This document shows positions 29,034 through 32,000 of a stretch of 32,000 nucleotides of DNA, piece by piece. Positions within the stretch are counted from its first letter, which is position 1, and the number at the start of each line of letters is the position of its first letter. Location of the stretch: the NCBI RefSeq assembly GCF_000011465.1, contig NC_005072.1, positions 1,410,001 to 1,442,000 on the forward strand, given 5' to 3'. The notes under the pieces were generated by a model. The model was not told the origin of the DNA, did no database searches, and saw only the letters and a list, made by a program, of their open reading frames with translations. A program made the position numbers and the translations under genes. This stretch comes from Prochlorococcus marinus subsp. pastoris str. CCMP1986 (GTDB lineage Bacteria > Cyanobacteriota > Cyanobacteriia > PCC-6307 > Cyanobiaceae).

Positions 29034-30259
29034 TATATATTAATTATTCGTTCCATTGCATTATTAACATTCATTCTTGAATTGAAAGCAGATAATCGAA
29101 AATAGCCCTCACCCGCCAATCCAAATCCACTTCCTGGTGTACCTACGACATCAGCTTTTTCAAGTAAATAATCAAAAAAGTCCCAAGAAGTCATTCTATC
29201 TGGTACTTTTATCCAAACATATGGTGCATTATCACCTCCATAAACTTTAAAACCTGCACTTCTGAGCTTATTTTGCATAATTTCTGCATTTTTCATATAA
29301 AAGTCAATCAGAGAATTAACCTCTTTTTTACCTTGCGAAGAATATACCGCCTCAGCTCCTCTTTGTACGATATAGCTTACTCCATTAAATTTAGTACATT
29401 GACGCCTATTCCATAATGACCATAAATCAATTTTATCCCCTTTTGAATTTTGTCCTGATAGATTTTTTGGTATTACTGTATAAGCGCATCTAACTCCAGT
29501 AAATCCTGCATTTTTTGAGAAAGATCTAAATTCGATAGCACAATTTTTTGCCCCCTCAATCTCATATATTGAATGAGGAATATTTTTGTCTTGAATAAAA
29601 GCTTCATAAGCTGCATCGAAAAGAATCAAAGACTTGTTTTCTATGGCATAATCAACCCATTTTTTCAATTCTTGTTTAGTAATTGTTGCCCCAGTTGGAT
29701 TATTTGGAAAACAAAGATAAACAATATCAACTTTCTTTTTTGGGATTTCAGGTTGAAACTTATTTTCTTCATTAATAGCTAAATATACTAATCCTTGATA
29801 AGTACCATTTTGAAGTGTTTCTCCTGTTCTCCCAGTCATCACATTAGTATCGACATAAACAGGATAAACCGGATCGGTTACGGCAATTAAATTATCACTC
29901 CCAAGAATATCTAAAATATTGCTACTATCGCATTTTGAACCATCAGAAACAAATATTTCTTCCGATGAGATTTGACACCCTCTTGAAATAAAATCATTTA
30001 CAGAAATTTTTTCCCTAAGCCATCCATATCCTTGCTCTGGGCCGTAACCTTTAAATCCGTTATTTGTTCCCATTTCATTTAATGCTTCGCCCATAGCTTT
30101 AACACAAGCTTTAGGTAGCGGCTCCGTCACATCGCCTATTCCAAGCTTAATGACTTTCGAACTGCTATTGGCTTGAGTATAGTTGTTAACTCTTTTTGAA
30201 ATTTCAGGAAATAAATATCCTGCTTTGAGTTTTAAATAATTTTCGTTAACTTTAACCAC
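29033..30259 (-). CDS. dapL: LL-diaminopimelate aminotransferase (DapL-type, class I PLP aminotransferase)
   Basis: 408-aa ORF. The N-terminus [16 protein letters not shown] is typical of DapL. The PLP-lysine context is [15 protein letters not shown]. Length and NPTG motif fit class I aminotransferases. Confidence 0.88.
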   Translation of the reverse strand: MVKVNENYLKLKAGYLFPEISKRVNNYTQANSSSKVIKLGIGDVTEPLPKACVKAMGEALNEMGTNNGFKGYGPEQGYGWLREKISVNDFISRGCQISSEEIFVSDGSKCDSSNILDILGSDNLIAVTDPVYPVYVDTNVMTGRTGETLQNGTYQGLVYLAINEENKFQPEIPKKKVDIVYLCFPNNPTGATITKQELKKWVDYAIENKSLILFDAAYEAFIQDKNIPHSIYEIEGAKNCAIEFRSFSKNAGFTGVRCAYTVIPKNLSGQNSKGDKIDLWSLWNRRQCTKFNGVSYIVQRGAEAVYSSQGKKEVNSLIDFYMKNAEIMQNKLRSAGFKVYGGDNAPYVWIKVPDRMTSWDFFDYLLEKADVVGTPGSGFGLAGEGYFRLSAFNSRMNVNNAMERIINI

Positions 30260-30557
30260 TTTAAAAAATTTCTAAACTTAACCTATATAAGAATAATGGA
30301 CAATGTACTTAACCGGGAATTAGATGTTAATATAAAGGTGGTTATGATTTAATTAAAGAAACAATCATAGCTATTTAATCAATTTCAAATCGTTTGAAAG
30401 TCGTCTAAAACTAAAACACTTAGCAAGTCAAACTGCTACTAATTATTTTAAAAATCTAATAACTTAAGCTTTCAAGAAATTGCTAGCGAAAAATTAAATA
30501 TGTAATTATTTACTTTTTATCGATTTTCAAAAATTCAAAACATACTTTAAAATTTTT
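30260..30557 (+). promoter_or_regulatory. Long AT-rich intergenic region containing the rne promoter/5' leader (boundaries not resolved)
   Basis: 298-nt non-coding gap between the divergent dapL and rne genes, much longer than most gaps in this window. RNase E genes are commonly autoregulated through their 5' UTR. I cannot place a TSS from sequence. Confidence 0.3.
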
Positions 30558-32000
30558 ATGTCTCAGCAAATTGTAATAGCTGAGCAGGCGCGTATTGCAG
30601 CACTACTCACAGATGATCAAGTTGATGAATTAATCGTCGCACAAGGTCAATATCAAATCGGGGATATTTTTTTAGGAACTGTTGAAAATGTCCTACCAGG
30701 TATTGATGCTGCCTTTATAGATATTGGAGAAAGTGAAAAAAATGGCTTTATTCATGTATCAGATCTAGGTCCATTAAGATTAAAAAAAGGTGTTGTAGGA
30801 ATTACTGAACTTCTTGAACCAAAACAAAAAGTTCTCGTGCAAGTAATGAAAGAACCTACTGGAAATAAAGGACCTAGACTTACAGGTAATATCTCGTTAC
30901 CTGGTAAATATTTGATACTGCAACCATATGGACAAGGAGTCAATATTTCTAGAAAGATAAATACTGAGACTGAAAGAAGTCGTTTAAGAGCTCTTGGAGT
31001 TTTAATTAAACCGCCTAGCACAGGATTATTATTTCGAACTGAAGCAGAACAAATCAAAGAAGAATTTCTTATTGAAGATTTAGAACATTTAATTCAACAA
31101 TGGGATCAAGTATTAAAAAATTCAGAGAATAATCATCCACCAAATTTAATAAGTAGAGATGAGAATTTTTCATTAAAAATTTTAAGAGATTACATCAAAT
31201 CATCAACTAGTAAAATTGTAATTGATAATAAAATCGCTCTCGAAAAAGCAAAAGACTTTTTAGTTAATAATGACTCTAATTTGGATCTTGTTTTTCACAA
31301 TAATGAAATAAATGAGCATATTTTAGAAAAATACCAAATTAATAAAACTATTCAAAAGGCGCTTCAGCCAAGAGTAGATTTACCTTCAGGAGGTTACATA
31401 ATTATTGAACCTACTGAAGCATTGACAGTAATTGACGTTAATTCTGGATCTTTCACAAGATCAGCTAATTCAAGACAAACTGTTTTATGGACGAATTGTG
31501 AAGCAGCTATAGAAATTTCTAGACAAATGAAATTAAGAAATATTGGGGGAGTTTTAGTTATAGATTTTATAGATATGGAATCTCGAAGAGATCAATTTCA
31601 GTTACTTGAACATTTTACTTTAGCCATTAAAGATGATTCAGCAAGGCCACAAATAGCTCAATTAACTGAGTTAGGTTTAGTTGAATTAACAAGAAAAAGA
31701 CAAGGTCAAAATATATATGAATTGTTTAGTACTAAATGCAATAACTGCAATGGATTAGGGCATAAAGAAAAATTACCAAATTATAAAAATATTTCTTTAA
31801 AAACTAATCAAAATGCAAAAAAATCCAGTAAAATTAATGATACCAAAATCTCAGATTCAACTCCCATTCAATTAATTGAAAATCAGGAAACGATCATTGG
31901 GGAAGAGTTAACTAAAACCAAAAACACCATTAAAGACGATGATCATTCCAATAAAAGGGGGAATGATAATGAATTACCTAATACAAACAATCGTAGTGAA
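30558..32000 (+). CDS. rne: Ribonuclease E (cyanobacterial RNase E/G family), 5' partial; continues past the window end
   Basis: Hand translation from the ATG at 30558: MSQQIVIAEQARIAALLTDDQVDELIVAQGQYQIGDIFLGTVENVLPGIDAAFIDIGESEKNGFIHVSD (S1 domain). Downstream come ...TVIDVNSGSFTR..., ...GGVLVIDFIDM... (DNase-I-like catalytic site) and ...CNNCNGLGH (Zn-link). The frame is open for 481 codons to position 32000. Not in the track because there is no stop in the window. Confidence 0.9.
   Translation, partial: MSQQIVIAEQARIAALLTDDQVDELIVAQGQYQIGDIFLGTVENVLPGIDAAFIDIGESEKNGFIHVSDLGPLRLKKGVVGITELLEPKQKVLVQVMKEPTGNKGPRLTGNISLPGKYLILQPYGQGVNISRKINTETERSRLRALGVLIKPPSTGLLFRTEAEQIKEEFLIEDLEHLIQQWDQVLKNSENNHPPNLISRDENFSLKILRDYIKSSTSKIVIDNKIALEKAKDFLVNNDSNLDLVFHNNEINEHILEKYQINKTIQKALQPRVDLPSGGYIIIEPTEALTVIDVNSGSFTRSANSRQTVLWTNCEAAIEISRQMKLRNIGGVLVIDFIDMESRRDQFQLLEHFTLAIKDDSARPQIAQLTELGLVELTRKRQGQNIYELFSTKCNNCNGLGHKEKLPNYKNISLKTNQNAKKSSKINDTKISDSTPIQLIENQETIIGEELTKTKNTIKDDDHSNKRGNDNELPNTNNRSE

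Noticed and set aside
29573-31057. ORFs 29573..29782 (+, inside dapL) and 30752..31057 (-, inside rne)
   Set aside because: Both are antisense to strongly supported genes with no motif. Antisense transcription of rne has been described, but nothing here supports a protein product.

Overview
This window is AT-rich (about one-third G+C by eye, not computed) and densely coding. It reads as cyanobacterial core genome. Split rpoC1/rpoC2, an HLIP gene, Ycf35/DUF1257, DapL-type diaminopimelate aminotransferase, a cyanobacterial-type RNase E and the base composition together suggest a high-light-clade Prochlorococcus-like marine picocyanobacterium; that assignment is inference.

Layout:
- 14646 down to 1, thirteen co-directional minus-strand genes: rpsT, TatD-family hydrolase, rpoB, rpoC1, rpoC2, an HLIP gene, rlmN, a possible 41-aa membrane peptide, a HEAT-repeat protein, DUF2997, Ycf35/DUF1257, a Fed7-like 4Fe-4S ferredoxin and a partial aldo/keto reductase.
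- hisD (+), converging on rpiA (-), followed by an HtrA-family protease (-).
- The rimP-nusA-ylxR-infB block (+).
- A small 2-TM protein (-).
- A GT-C (ArnT-like) glycosyltransferase, a GT2 glycosyltransferase and a B12-binding radical SAM protein (+).
- clpS and dapL (-).
- The 5' part of rne (+).

I saw no tRNA, rRNA, CRISPR array, IS/transposase, integrase or recognisable defence gene.

Three coding regions are missing from the supplied track. Two are under 60 aa (the HLIP and a TM peptide with a TTG start). The third is the edge-truncated aldo/keto reductase.

The most unusual thing directly visible is a near-perfect, locally GC-rich tandem repeat of about 108-129 nt inside infB. The best candidates for under-described modules are the translationally coupled DUF2997-Ycf35-ferredoxin-AKR cassette and the GT-C/GT2/radical-SAM cluster. 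Neither is demonstrably novel from sequence alone, and overall this looks like an ordinary housekeeping region.
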